A program made the translations under genes and the position numbers. A DNA stretch of 64,000 nt from Octopus sinensis. Its lineage: Eukaryota. The notes beneath the pieces are model-generated. The model had not been told where the DNA came from and did no database searches. It was given only the letters and a program-made list of their open reading frames with translations. Shown here piece by piece: positions 23,874-35,819 of this stretch. Every line of letters begins with the position of its first letter. The stretch's first letter is position 1. The stretch spans positions 123,876,001 through 123,940,000 of the forward strand of contig NC_043000.1 in NCBI RefSeq assembly GCF_006345805.1. The letters are read 5' to 3'.

Positions 23874-24089
23874 GGGCGGTGAGCTGGCAGAATTGTTAGC
23901 ACGCCGGGGAAAATGCTTAGGGGCATTTCGTTCGTCTATACGTTCTGAGTTCAAATTCCGCCGTGGTCGACTTTGCTTTTCATCCGTTCAGGGTCGATAA
24001 AATAAGTACCACTTGAACATTGGGGTCGATGTAATCGACTCATCCCCTCCCCTAAAATATTTGCCCTTGCTGCAAAATTTGAAACTATA

Positions 24090-24090
<1 letters not shown>
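23873..24090 (+). mobile_element. SINE-B (tail B) embedded in (AAT)n
   Basis: GGGCGGTGAGCTGGCAGAATTGTTAG...GAGTTCAAATTCCGCC; (ATT)n on both sides. Confidence 0.88.
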
Positions 24091-24139
<49 letters not shown>

Positions 24140-24718
24140 CATCATCATCATTATTGTTGTTGTTTCCTTGCATTACAACTTTATTTTAGCTGCCTTTGTA
24201 CCGGGCAATAAGTTTACCGTTTCAGATTATTTTCTCTAACCTCCTCGTAAAAATATAACTAACTGAATGGTTGCTTTGGGCCTTTTTTTCTATTCTGATT
24301 TTCTACTGCTTGCAATGAGAATTACAGTTAACCAAGCTAACAAGACTTACAAGCAGAACGGTCAATGCCATGTCTATAGCAAGATTACTTTCGTAACCTA
24401 TTCTCGTAAATAAATATCACTACAATTCCCTACTGTGGAGATTAGGACAGTTTTATATATTTAACAAATACTATGTTAGCTTTCTTCACCAGGATCGATT
24501 TCCCACTGTTTATAGTTTCATAATTAATGGGATTTTTTATACATGCAAATTCTTAAAATAGCATAAACACAGATTTTTGTTGTTGTTGTTGTTGTTGTTA
24601 TAAGCTTACAATTTTACCGCCAACATTAGGAAAAAGGTACAAAATTTAAATTTGAAAACAGAAATGGTTTTGTTGTTAATAAACGTCATATGCACGGTGA
24701 ACAGCTGTAGTCAGGACA

Positions 24719-24889
24719 ATGACTTGCGTTTTTACTCTTAATACGTTCCGGTAGAACGTATTAAGCGCTTCGTCACAGGAGAACAACTTCTCCTTTGAAC
24801 ACGTATTCACCGTAATGAAGAAGCCGTTCTCTTGTGACAAATTACGTTCGCAGCTGCCGGAGCGTATTAACAATAAATATGTAAGTCAT
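24719..24889. repeat. Decayed nested inverted repeat (about 170-nt foldback)
   Basis: Nested stems: 24719-27/24881-89, 24738-51/24857-70, 24754-60/24844-50, 24772-84/24826-38. Confidence 0.65.
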
Positions 24890-25068
24890 GGCTTCGTTGT
24901 ATTATTCAGAAATCGAAATACATTTCTGATTCAGAAAAGTTTCAACAAAACTTTGCAAATTGTACTAAAAGTTATTTACGTTTGTAAACTTTCTATGTTT
25001 GAAAACTTGTAAATTGATTGAGCGTCATTGCGTAGACGGCCTGGTTGAAATTATAACACGTTTTTTAT

Positions 25069-25438
25069 TCAAAACAGTTTGAGTCAAACTCCTTGGTACT
25101 CTGAGTTTCAAGCGTGACGCTTATCTTCAGCCATTGGAGTTTGAATGAGAGGACAGTTGAAGAGAGTCATTGCTTATTACGGACGTTAGCCTGCAATTGG
25201 GGAGAATGGTCACGTAGTGTCATAGTTTGATGTTGGTATTTTAGCGACAATAATTTCCAACTAATTGTTGTCGCTGAAATACCAACATTAAACTGTGACA
25301 CCGCGTGACCTTTCTCGACACTCGCAGGCTAACGTCCATAATAAGCATTGACTCTGATTCATTCAAATTCCAATGGCCGAAGATTAGCGTCGCCCTTGAA
25401 ACTCAAAGTACCAAAGAGTTTTAATCAAACTGTTTTGA
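25069..25438. mobile_element. 370-bp whole-length palindrome (foldback/MITE-like)
   Basis: CAAAACAGTTTGA...TGGTACT..GAGTTTCAAG... pairs with 25437 inward to a centre near 25258, with scattered mismatches. Confidence 0.85.
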
Positions 25439-25498
25439 TCCATACATGTAACTCCTAATAAATGTGTTGAGTGCCCTTCTTTCGTTGTCTATTCACTC

Positions 25499-25577
<79 letters not shown>

Positions 25578-25582
25578 TGTAC

Positions 25583-25632
<50 letters not shown>

Positions 25633-25940
25633 CATACATACATACATATATGCATGCATACATACATACATACATACATACATACATACATACATACATA
25701 CATACATACATACATACATACATACATACATACACATTCATTTCCCTTTCCTATTACCTTTTCCAGGTTCACTATCTACCAGGAGATAGCAGCATAAAAT
25801 ACTATCAGAAAATACATGTAGAAGGTATCTTTATCACAGATATACAATAGTTTTATTACAGATAAAAAGTAGGAAGATATTTACAATGTGGTTCTATTGC
25901 AAGCAGAATGTAGTCTTATCAAAAGCGGAATCTCTCTTAC

Positions 25941-26155
25941 CAAGTATCTTAACTGTCGTTCGATTAATTCTCAATCTGTTGGCTTCGATAATTGTTGTCC
26001 TTATATAATGAATGATTCTTCCTTGTAGTTGTTTCCCTTCTTTTTCCAGTGGTGGCACTGCAGAAAAGGTCATTTCCTTAGTTACGTTATCTCCTGGAAT
26101 CTTATCCAAACTTGTATTGAAGAGAATACGGAACTTTACGCTGATGCTTCCAGGA
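25941..26155 (-). CDS. Exon 5: SEA domain, C-terminal part
   Basis: Acceptor tttatcttctgattgttgcag, donor CTTG|gtaaga, 215 nt, phase 2-1. PGSISVKFRILF is a SEA GS-x-x-V motif. Confidence 0.85.
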
Positions 26156-27358
26156 CTGCAACAATCAGAAGATAAACATTAATTAAAACAACTGCGAATA
26201 CATTTCTACTGAGTATGGAAGTTCTTTCTTTTTCTTCTTTTACTTTTAATTCTGTCTCTGTCTTCGTTGCCTGAACTTACAGAATGCAATGAAATCTTAG
26301 TGTTTGCAATGAGGGTGCGCAGTACCCTGGCTAAAACAACCCTCGGCCGATTTAAGGGTTTAGAAATTAATAAATATTAAATATATGACGAAATATATTA
26401 TTTTCGGCTTTTAACTACTCTATTGTAATATTTTGCTTCTAAATTAATCAATAATTAGGTGTCATTGTTACACGATTACTTGATTAATGTTGCTTGATTA
26501 ATGTTGCGTATATGCCGCCGAATAATTAAATTAAATGATGTATTTAACAGGACTTTATTCTTAATCAAATGCTGTATGATGCGTGGAGGAGCGTGAAGGA
26601 GCGTGTATGAGTGTGGGGTTGCAGCTGTGTGCGTGTGTAGTAATTATATTTCCAGTGTGACAATTTATATCATGAAGTTTACAATTTGTAGTTTTACAAA
26701 GAAAAAGATTTCAATATTTTGTTTCATATGCTTCTCTCCGGTGCTTAAAACAAATAAATCAAGCATCGTGTACACACACACACACACACACACCACACAC
26801 ACACACACATAACACACACATTATACATATATAATGGGCATTGGAACTCGACAAAGTCCTCTGATCTGTCAGATCCTGTCATATTGCCGAACCCAAGCTA
26901 ATATGGAATACGGACGCTAAATTATATATACATACATACATACATACATACATACATACATACATACATACATACATACATGTATGAACGTATGTATGTA
27001 TGTATGCATGTATATATATATACATATAAATATATAAAGAGAGAGAGAAACCAAAACTGAGATAAGAGAGATACATAATGGCCAGGAGCATGAATTTGGA
27101 CAACAAAGATGAAGAAAAACATATAAAATACCATCCAATATATATATTTGATTTTGGAAATGGTCTTCGTTTTGAACGAAGTAATACTATCATTAACGAC
27201 GTCATCGTTCGCATAATCATTTGATATCATTATCATTTGATATCATCACCTTCAGAAACAGCATAATTTATCATTATCACCAACAAGACTAACAACAACA
27301 GCAACACCATAATTATCGACACGACTAGCATTATTATCATTGTTAATGATCTACTCAC

Positions 27359-27420
27359 CTAAATTCTACCACTTCGGTACCGATGTAGTGTTCATTTTTC
27401 TTGCTATAAACTTCATCCAT
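27359..27420 (-). CDS. Exon 4: SEA domain, middle
   Basis: Acceptor tttttttccccctttctccag, donor TTAG|gtgagt, 62 nt, phase 0-2. MDEVYSKKNEHYIGTEVVEF joins exon 5 as EVVEFSPGSISV. Confidence 0.85.
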
Positions 27421-27858
27421 CTGGAGAAAGGGGGAAAAAAATGGAAACAACAAATTATTATCGAAGTGTTTGGTTTTAGATCAAATCAAGCTATTATTTG
27501 TATCAGCCGACCGAATCTGTTGCCGACTAAAGAAACAACTGAGGGAGCCATTAGTCGTTTCATGTTATCGGTGTTGTATTGTATTCGTGAACAAAACTGT
27601 TGTCTTGCTTCCCCAGTCCACCAAACTATAAATGTATCCCACTATAGATCGCTGTTTCATTGTTGCTAGCAGAAAGAGCACTGTAAAATTTCTAAGTATT
27701 TTGTTAGTCTGGGGAGCTGGGTTCAAGTCATTTAATAATATATCGAGAGGAATAGGTTCCGTCTGGTTGAATGTCACAATATACGCTGCACTAAAACCGG
27801 CAATCCAATGGATTATGAAGATTTTCAGCAATCTCATTGTAACGTTGAAACTATCTTT

Positions 27859-28291
27859 GGATCTTTACGGTTTGAACAGCAGTTTTTTTCTAGCGGTGTC
27901 ATATGAAATTGTCACCCATAATTATGACCCTAGTATCGATCTATTGCATTTCAATCTGTTTTAGAGTTAGGGTTAGTTAGGGTTAGGGTTAGGGGTGGGG
28001 GGAAGGGTATCTTTTTTTCTTCACAAATGTAAATAAACCCAATCTGTTTCTTAAACGAGGGACATATTCATACGGCACAGAATGTTTTTTACCTCAATAG
28101 ACGTCATTGACTGATTGAAATTGCAGAAATTGAAGAAGAAAAAAACAAATATCTTACAAACTATAGAATTTTCTCAATAAAGCCAAGAGAAAAGATGTTT
28201 TATAAACACATTCTACCAGTATACGAAGTTTAAAAGTGTTTAGTTACGTGGAAATTATTTTAAAAAACTGCCGTTCAAACCGAAACGATCC
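27859..28291. mobile_element. 433-bp MITE with 8-bp TSD and GG-starting TIRs (Merlin-like by inference), internal TTAGGG repeats
   Basis: TIR GGATCTTTACGGTTTGAACAGCAGTTTTTT / AAAAAACTGCCGTTCAAACCGAAACGATCC. TSD CTATCTTT at 27851-27858 and 28292-28299. TTAGGG-type units at 27961-27993. Confidence 0.85.
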
Positions 28292-29057
28292 CTATCTTTC
28301 CATTATTAAGTCGCAAGCCAATGTTAATTGAGTTGACCTATGGTCAAAGACGTTCCAGATATAACTATCCTGACTTTTGTTTTGGACTATATCTATCGGG
28401 CTACATACGAGCCAATTGATAAAAGGTCATTGTATGGAAGAAAATGCCTCACTATATTTGATGACATTAAAGACGCACCCTGACTTCAGCGGCGCATATT
28501 CAAGTAAAATGGTTTTAGTGCTTTAAAGCATGTAATATAGGCTCAACTTCGCATATAGAATCCGAGGTGATTTGGGGGGAAACATTTTTTTAAGAGCATC
28601 TCTTATGCTGCCAGTTAATACGGTAAATGCACATATATATAAATCCTCACGAGACTATAACGAGACAGGAGTTAACGTCTATCAAGAGAGAGAGTGAAAT
28701 GCGAGAAAAATAGGTCCTAGCTTACCTGCCAGAATAAAAAATCAGGCTCAAAGAAAGCCATACCCCTATCAAGTAAGTTAGAGAGAGAATAGGATTTCCT
28801 GTGCCTTCATAAAAAGTATTTAGCTCTACCAGCTCCTAGTCTCTTGCCAAATAAGACATGGGATACGGGTGGATTAAAATATCGGCAGTCAAAACGGCGT
28901 CGTTAAAACCTTTTTCTTTTCTTTTTTTTTTCTTGCTAATATTTTAGATCTACGTATAGTCAGCAACAATTTCTTCCACTGTAAATGTGATTACTATTTC
29001 TAGTAAAATTGCACATACTATCAATACTAAGTACAAATTCTGTTAAATGGAAAAATA

Positions 29058-29283
29058 TTGGGTTGTCCAAAAAGTTCGTGCCGATTTTTAAAGGAAAGAA
29101 AAGGGTCAATAAATACTTGCCATTACATTTTTAATCAACCAAATATGAACCATTTTGTTGCACAATGCGTCTCCATCTTTCCCTTAACTTGAAAATACCC
29201 TCTTCCCAGAATTGATGTGCCTGGGAGGGTAAGTCGAAAGGTAAGCTACTATAAAATTGGCACGAACTTTCCGGACAGCCCAA
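29058..29283 (-). mobile_element. 226-bp mariner deletion derivative
   Basis: TIR TTGGGTTGTCCAAAAAGTTCGTGCCGATTT / AAATTGGCACGAACTTTCCGGACAGCCCAA, TA on both sides. Retains the last transposase codons shared with 58121-58611. Confidence 0.88.
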
Positions 29284-29984
29284 TACAAATATGAACGCCA
29301 TTCAAGGAAAAGAAAATATGTAGAGCTGATGCAAAAAAAAAAAAAAAATTATGCTATTTGTAATTGTATTTACTTTTGATAAGTTGTTCAAAATTCTGGT
29401 TGTAACAGTACAATGGAACTCTGCTTCCAAGTTACACAAATAACACGAGACTTAGAGTTTCTTATTCCAATTACAAAACATAAACATTTGATTCCCATTA
29501 TTAAATCAATCCAAACATGAAAAATAATTTGAAAGTTTGAGAGATAGCAGAAACTGAGAATTAATTTCCATTTTATGACAGTTTCGATTATGTTCGTTTA
29601 TAAAAAAAATTATTGTCTGAGAGACAAATTTACTGCTTCTCAGTTTTAATTCTGTTTTGTTTAGTCAATAATAATATGTTTGAACATCGCAGCTTGAAAT
29701 ACTTGTAGATGCCATTTGAAAATAGAATAAATCTTAAAATGTGAGATTGAAAGTCTCTTTTAACAGCTGCCAAATGATCTGAATGGCCTCATTAATAAAA
29801 AAAAAAGCAGATAACTGATTAAATAAATAAAAATAAAATTATTTACAAGCGTTTAGAAAATTCCGGTGATAAATCACTCTTTTTTGTTTTATTTTCTGGT
29901 TTTTGTTGATTTTTTTTTGTTTTGTTTTGTCTTTCAATAACGATGGAACTCGATAAAGCTATAAATAATGGTTCCAAACTGTGG

Positions 29985-30160
29985 CACAAGGGCAGTAAGA
30001 TCGGGGCAGAGGGCAAGTCGATTACATCAACCCCAGTATTCAACTGGTACTTATTTTATCGACCCTGAAAGGATGACAAGCAAAGTCGACCTCGGTAGAA
30101 TTTCATCTCAGAACGTAAAGACGGACGAAATGCCGCTAAGCATATTGTCCGGTGTGCTAT
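29985..30160 (-). mobile_element. SINE-B (tail B)
   Basis: CTGAAAGGATGACAAGCAAAGTCGACCTCGG...TCAGAACGTAAAGACGGACGAAATG. Confidence 0.8.
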
Positions 30161-31384
30161 CGATAAAGCTGTAGATAAAAGTATATTAATATTGGGTTTT
30201 AAAAGCTCCTTGGATGGAAAAGGTTGAAGGCTCGAAGGCTATCTTTGGGGCTTGAACCTATATCTTCTAACCTTCCAGTTTTTCCATCCAAGGTGGTTTT
30301 TAACACAATATTTACAAGCTATTATTTATAGCTTTATCTACTTCGAGTTCCACCGTCAAAAACAACTGAAAGTAAAGTTCCAACTGTGCACTGTTTTTGG
30401 TTTTCTTTTAAAGAAATATTTTGTTGAAAGAATGTATCTTTTATCCCTTATCTTCTACGTGCTCCAGTTATTGAAGAGTTTTAGTCGAAAGAATCGACTC
30501 GTGTACTTTTTTTTCTAAAGCCTGAAACGTATTCTATGGGGATCTTATGCCGAACCGCTAAGTAACGGGAACTTTAACAACTTAACAGCGTTTGTCAAGC
30601 GGTGGTGGAAGATATTCACAAATACGCAGACATATGCTCGCACACACACACACACATACACATTTATATATATATTTATGTATATATATATATATATATA
30701 TAATATATATATATATATATACCCACAAGAGTAAACAAGAAAGACAGAGACAGGCAGAAACAAAGAAAATGCCACTTGTATTTGAACACTGCAAATATTC
30801 TTAAAAAAATTTTTTGGTTTTAATTTTTCCAAAATTTAATTGTTTACCATACTTACAGTCGAAAAAGTCTCAATGACTTAAAGCGGTACTGAAATGTTTT
30901 TTATAAAATTATTTTACCATTTTCTATCTTGACTTTTTTTCCATATATATATATATATATATAAAATAAAGACTATAAAAGCAGTTGAATTTAATTCCAA
31001 CCACAAGTAGCTGTCAGTTTGTATCAACATGTTATCTTTATTAGGTCCACACTCGAGTTACAAACCTAGCCAGGTCTTTGTGTTTCTGAATGAGTACATT
31101 CAGAAAGAGAAGCCATCTTGTCCAACTTCACAAATCGCGCTGGCTCTTGTAATGTCGAAAGGGTTTTAAACAAATTAAACTCGAGTAGGTAACATGGGAA
31201 TTCGGTTGAAATGTTATTTGCATTGCAATTTCAGCTTGTTTTCGTAAAAAAAGAAATCGCGTCTTATTGATTTTTTTCGTAGTGCTACACAGTAAATATT
31301 TGAGATTTATGTTGTCGTTGTTTCGTTGTTGTTGTTGTTGTTGTGTGTGTGTGAATTTTGCACAATAAATACAAAAATAGGTCT

Positions 31385-31778
31385 TACTCTTTTACTTGTT
31401 TCAGCCATGTGACTGTAGCCATGCTGGAGCACCGCCTTTAGTCGAGCAAATCGACCCCAGGACTTATTCTTTGTAAGCCTAGTACTTATTCTATCGGTCT
31501 CTTTGCCGAACCGCTAAATTATGGGGACGTAAACACACCAGCATCGGTTGTCAAGCGATTTTGGCGGGGGACAAACACAGACACACAAACATATGCACAC
31601 ACATACATATATACATATATACGACAGGCTTCTTTCAGTTTCCGTCTACCAAATCTACTTACAAGGCTTTGGTCGGCCCGTAGCTATAGTAGAAGACACT
31701 TGTCCAAGGTGCCACGCAGTGGGACTGAACCCGGAACCATGTGGTTGGTAAGCAAGCTACTTACCACACAGCCACTCT
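31385..31778 (-). mobile_element. SINE-A, near full length
   Basis: Reverse complement of consensus. Confidence 0.9.
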
Positions 31779-32104
31779 TATGGAGAACATTCCGTATAAA
31801 ATTAGCTTTGTTTGTTTCCAATTCTAGATATTATTGTTGTTGTTATTGTCGTTGTAATGGTTTCGAATTTTCGCATTGGCCAGAGTTTTTTTTCTTTTTG
31901 AGGGGAGGGGGAAGTTGATTACATCGGCCTCAGTATTCGACTGATGTTTATTTTACCGACTCCGAGAGAATTAGTCGTTCCGTCGAGGTCGATGTAGTTG
32001 ACTGTCCCCGCTCCCACAAAATTCCAGGCCTTGTGCCTTTAGTAAAAAGGCTTATTGTTGTTGCTGCTGCTGCTGTAGCTGTTGCTGTTGCTGTTGTTGT
32101 TGTT

Positions 32105-32320
32105 GTTAAAGCGGCGAACTGGCAGAATCGCTTGAACCCTGGGCAAAATTCTTAGCAGCATTTCGTCTGTCTTTATGTTCTAAGTTCAAATTTCGCCAAG
32201 GTCAACTTTCCCTTTCATCCTTTTGGGGTTGACAAAAAAAAATACCAGTTGTACACTGAAGTCGATAAAATTAACTAGCCCCTCCCCACCAAATTTTCAT
32301 GCCTTGTACCTATTGTAGAA
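32105..32320 (+). mobile_element. SINE-B (tail B) with (CAT)n tail
   Basis: AAAGCGGCGAACTGGCAGAATCG...AAGTTCAAATTTCGCC...TAGAAAGGATCATCATC. Confidence 0.82.
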
Positions 32321-32476
32321 AGGATCATCATCAACATCATCATCATTATCATCATCACCATCATCATTATTATTTAAGTGTAGTAAGTGGCACAAATGGT
32401 AGAGTGCAAGAAAAACGTCTCACAATCATTCATGACATCCTTTGCAGCCTCAGATAAAAATCATGTATCAAAAAAT

Positions 32477-32787
32477 ACATTATTTACATTCGACGGATAT
32501 TTGTCCTCATCTTGTTTGTTGTTTCGGTTGATATACCTTCCAGCCTTCTTCAAGTGTCATGGGGAAATTTCGAACCTGGATTCTCATTCCTAAGGTATTT
32601 TTCGATGCTGTTGTTGTTATTATTATTATTATCATTATTATTATTGTTGTTCAGGTCACTGCTTGAAATCGAACTCGGATTCTTGGGGTTAATACCCTGC
32701 GCTCTTAACCACTACGCCATATGCCGTGTTTGTTAACAACAAACACGATGAGGACAAATATCCGTCGAATGTAAATAATGTAAATAA
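32477..32787 (-). mobile_element. tRNA-headed SINE with hammerhead-bearing (PLE-type) tail plus inverted tail fragment
   Basis: Minus strand: A box TGGCGTAGTGG (32719-32709), B box GAGTTCGATTTC (32676-32665), (AAT)n, then the same tail as 2598-2734 with a decayed hammerhead. Plus-strand inverted tail piece 32728-32787. Confidence 0.8.
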
Positions 32788-33329
32788 AAATCTTCCGGCG
32801 TTACACCATTGTCCTAGCTATAAATAGATAGATTCGTTGATGGGCATCCGCTTAACAGCACTGAAACTAGAGATTAGCGCTTGCCTCGTGAGACCTTGAT
32901 ATTCAGAAAAGGATTAGAAAAATTGACAGGAAATAAAAGCAAAGTTATGAAAAGAAAGAATGTTGCGTTAAAAATGGCATTTAATGCCAGATAGAGTAAA
33001 AAAGACAATAATCTTATCCAAATCCGTCTTCGATAATATTCTTGATTAAATAATATATCTTTTATTTTATTTACTCGTTTCAGTCATTGAACTGCGGTTA
33101 TGCTGGAGCACGCCGTTAAGGGTTTAGTCGAACAAATCAACCCCAGTACTTAATTTTTTAAATCTAATATCTATTATATGTGTCTCTTTCCCGAACCACT
33201 AAGTTACGGGGACGTAAACAAACCAACACCGGTTGACTAACAGTGGGAGGGATAAAAGCGAAAACACATACACACACACATATGAGCAAAATTTAGGCTA
33301 GTTGAAATATATCTATTACATATTTCAAT

Positions 33330-33830
33330 TGCTGAACGGACCGGGTGTTTTCATATTTTTTTTACCATAAGAGAGATTTTTTTCTTTACGGTAACTGCAG
33401 TGTTTGCCTTTTAGCAGTTGAAATATAAGACAAACATATTTCAAATAGCCTAAATTCTGGTCACACCTGAACTCTGCTTCGTGCTAACGCTTCGTTGTTT
33501 ACCTCGATCGGGCGATCTACTAACGCAAATCAGCCAACGTATCGACTGAACTATAAAGCAACGACCTCTCTAAATTCGTTCAGAGTTGCCTCTTTTAGGT
33601 ACATCTCATTGACAAGAGTCAAAATAACTCGAATCATCGATGTCTGAGATTCCTAATAGATGGCGACACTAAACGAACCGAGTGTTTTCACATCTTTTTA
33701 CCATAAGAGAAATTTTTTTCTCCCTAGTAACTGCAGTGTATTTGCACTTTAGCAGTTGAAAATACGTTACACATATTTCAACTAGCCTAAATTTTTCTCA
33801 TTCCTTATCACTGTTTCGCGCTAACGTTTC
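33330..33830. repeat. Diverged direct duplication (about 160 bp at 33330-33490 and 33670-33830)
   Basis: Shared TTTTACCATAAGAGA..TTTTT...GTAACTGCAGTGT...TTAGCAGTTGAAA...CATATTTCAA.TAGCCTAAATT. Confidence 0.7.
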
Positions 33831-34036
33831 AGATGCAGCACGGAATTTTGTCAGTGAACAAGTCGCGGTCTCAAAGCGACGAAAAAATATTTTGGCAAAT
33901 TAAATTTAAACGTTGAAGTGAATCTTACGGTTTTTGTGTGTTTCTTAAATGGCTTATAAACACCTTCCACGCTGCAATTGTTTTCGTTCCAGCACACCAC
34001 TCAGACCAGATCACTTGCTATGCAAGTACATCTCCG

Positions 34037-34115
<79 letters not shown>

Positions 34116-34119
<4 letters not shown>

Positions 34120-34310
34120 AGAATTCACTAAAAAACAAATGACGAAGATAGATGGTGTAGACAACAAACAGATGTAATAGTTTAACGCTCGGGAAGTTAA
34201 AAAGTCTTTAACGTTTCGAGCCTACGCTCTTTCACAGAAAGAAACAAGGAGAGAAAATAAAGACAGAAAATAAAGAATGTGTAGTGGCTAGCGATCTATC
34301 ATGGCGAATA
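34116..34310 (-). mobile_element. Short dispersed repeat with hammerhead-like motif variant (family of 13030-13215)
   Basis: Minus strand 34241-34206: CTTT-CTGTGAA-A-GAGC-GTAG-GCTC-GAAA-CGT-T-AAAG. Confidence 0.65.
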
Positions 34311-34635
34311 CACGATGGGCTTCCACACAGTCTCCGTCAACCAATTCACTCACAAGGCATTGGTCGGTTTGGGACTCTAATAGAAGACACTTGCCCAGGG
34401 GGCTACGTAGTGGGACTGAACCTAAAACCACATGGTTGAAAATTGAACTTCTTAACCACACACCCATAACATAGAATTAAATAAAGAAACTTTATATATA
34501 TACATACACATATAAACAGTTTACGCATAAAAGGTGTCAAATTTTAGGGTGCAATAAGGTGCCAGCCGATAAAGTTTACACATTTAAGATGTCGAAAGAG
34601 TGTGGATTAAGAGAATGAAATACTACGCTACTCAC

Positions 34636-34745
34636 CGACCGTATGAAACGCTTCGTAGTAGATTTGAAGAATTCAGATGATTGGTCAGTCAAGCTTTTGT
34701 TCCAGTGTTCCATCATTGACAGTCGACAGACAAACACAGTTAAAT
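34636..34745 (-). CDS. Exon 3: SEA domain, N-terminal part
   Basis: Acceptor tttcttatcatttatag, donor GTCG|gtgagt, 110 nt, phase 1-0. LTVFVCRLSMMEHWNKSLTDQSSEFFKSTTKRFIRS fits the SEA W..L.D..S..F pattern. Confidence 0.85.
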
Positions 34746-35134
34746 CTATAAATGATAAGAAATACAATTAGTTTGGTTTTTTTATAAAATCGACTCTAAG
34801 AGAGAGAGAAAGTCGTATAATCATAAAGCATAACAAGCGAGCTGTAACTCAAACACCATGCTACTCCCTCGAAATAAAATACCGTGTACATTTGAGAATT
34901 AGAGTTGGTGCAGTGACACATACAACTGTATTTTAGAAATAAAGGAAATTTCAAATGCAGGAGAATATCTGTGAAAACAGATTAGAGGATCGGGTAAAAT
35001 AGCCTTGTAGTGACAAGCAAACTGCTACAGAGAATCGAACTCTGTACCTCTCAAATTCCGGTCGAGCGCTCTGTATCATTGAGCTAAACACCCCCTGACA
35101 ACAGATCTCGTCATTTACTCCGCTAAGTAATAGC

Positions 35135-35385
35135 GTTTGGAATGTGAGAACACTTTTATAAACAAACGTTGAAGCGTCGAGTGAGCTGGTATTTTAGAAA
35201 TGGAGTGAACCTCGAACGCAGGAGGAGAATAGCTGTGAAAACAGGTAATGGTTTTTCAGCCCATCCTCTAAGCTGTTTTCACAGCTATTCTCTTCTTGCG
35301 TTCGAGATTTCTTTGATTTCTAAAATTCCAACTCACTCGACGCTTCCGTGTTTATTTATAAAAATGGTTTCACATATAACTGTGT
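35135..35385. mobile_element. MITE-like foldback; core arms 35171-35244 / 35273-35346
   Basis: GAAGCGTCGAGTGAG...TCGAACGCA...GAGAATAGCTGTGAAAACAG and its reverse complement. A related arm lies near 34930-34980. Confidence 0.8.
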
Positions 35386-35436
35386 GAACAGGAATGAAAA
35401 ATGAATATTTAAACAAAGTAAAAAATATTCTTTTCT

Positions 35437-35810
35437 CCTCTAGGTACAAGGCCCGAAATTTTGGAGGAGGGGGCCAGTCAATTATATCGACCCCAGTGCA
35501 TAACTGGTACTTATTTAATTGACCCTGAAAGGATGAAAGGCAAAGTCGACCTCGGCGGAATTTGAACTCAGAACGTAGCGGCAGACGAAATACCTATTTC
35601 TTTACTGCCCACAAGGGGACAAACAAGGACAGACAAACGGATTAAATCGATTATATCGACCCCAGTGCGTAACTGGTACTGATTTAATCGACCCCGAAAG
35701 TACGAAATGCAAAGTCGACTTCGGCGGAATTTGAACTCAGAATGTAGCGACAGACGAAATACCGCTGAGCATTTCGCCCGGCGTGCTAACGTTTCTGCCA
35801 GCTCGCCGCC
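35437..35810 (-). mobile_element. SINE-B dimer (first unit tail A, second unit tail B)
   Basis: Same GAAATA|GGTATTTCGTCTGCC junction as the other two dimers. Confidence 0.88.
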
Positions 35811-35819
35811 TTTTTTTCG

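Noticed and set aside
26281-26330. 50-nt candidate exon with GTAAGT donor upstream of exon 5
   Set aside because: Exon 27420-27359 has much stronger sites and restores the SEA motif (EVVEFSPGS); this segment does not.
27565-27837. 90-aa minus ORF as the first half of the SEA domain
   Set aside because: No good donor; exon 34745-34636 fits the domain and phases better.
27961-27993. True telomere or chromosome-fusion scar
   Set aside because: Short, imperfect and enclosed within MITE TIRs and TSD.
30857-30888. 32-nt candidate microexon with AG/GTAAGT (minus)
   Set aside because: Its length and phases do not fit between exons 3 and 4.
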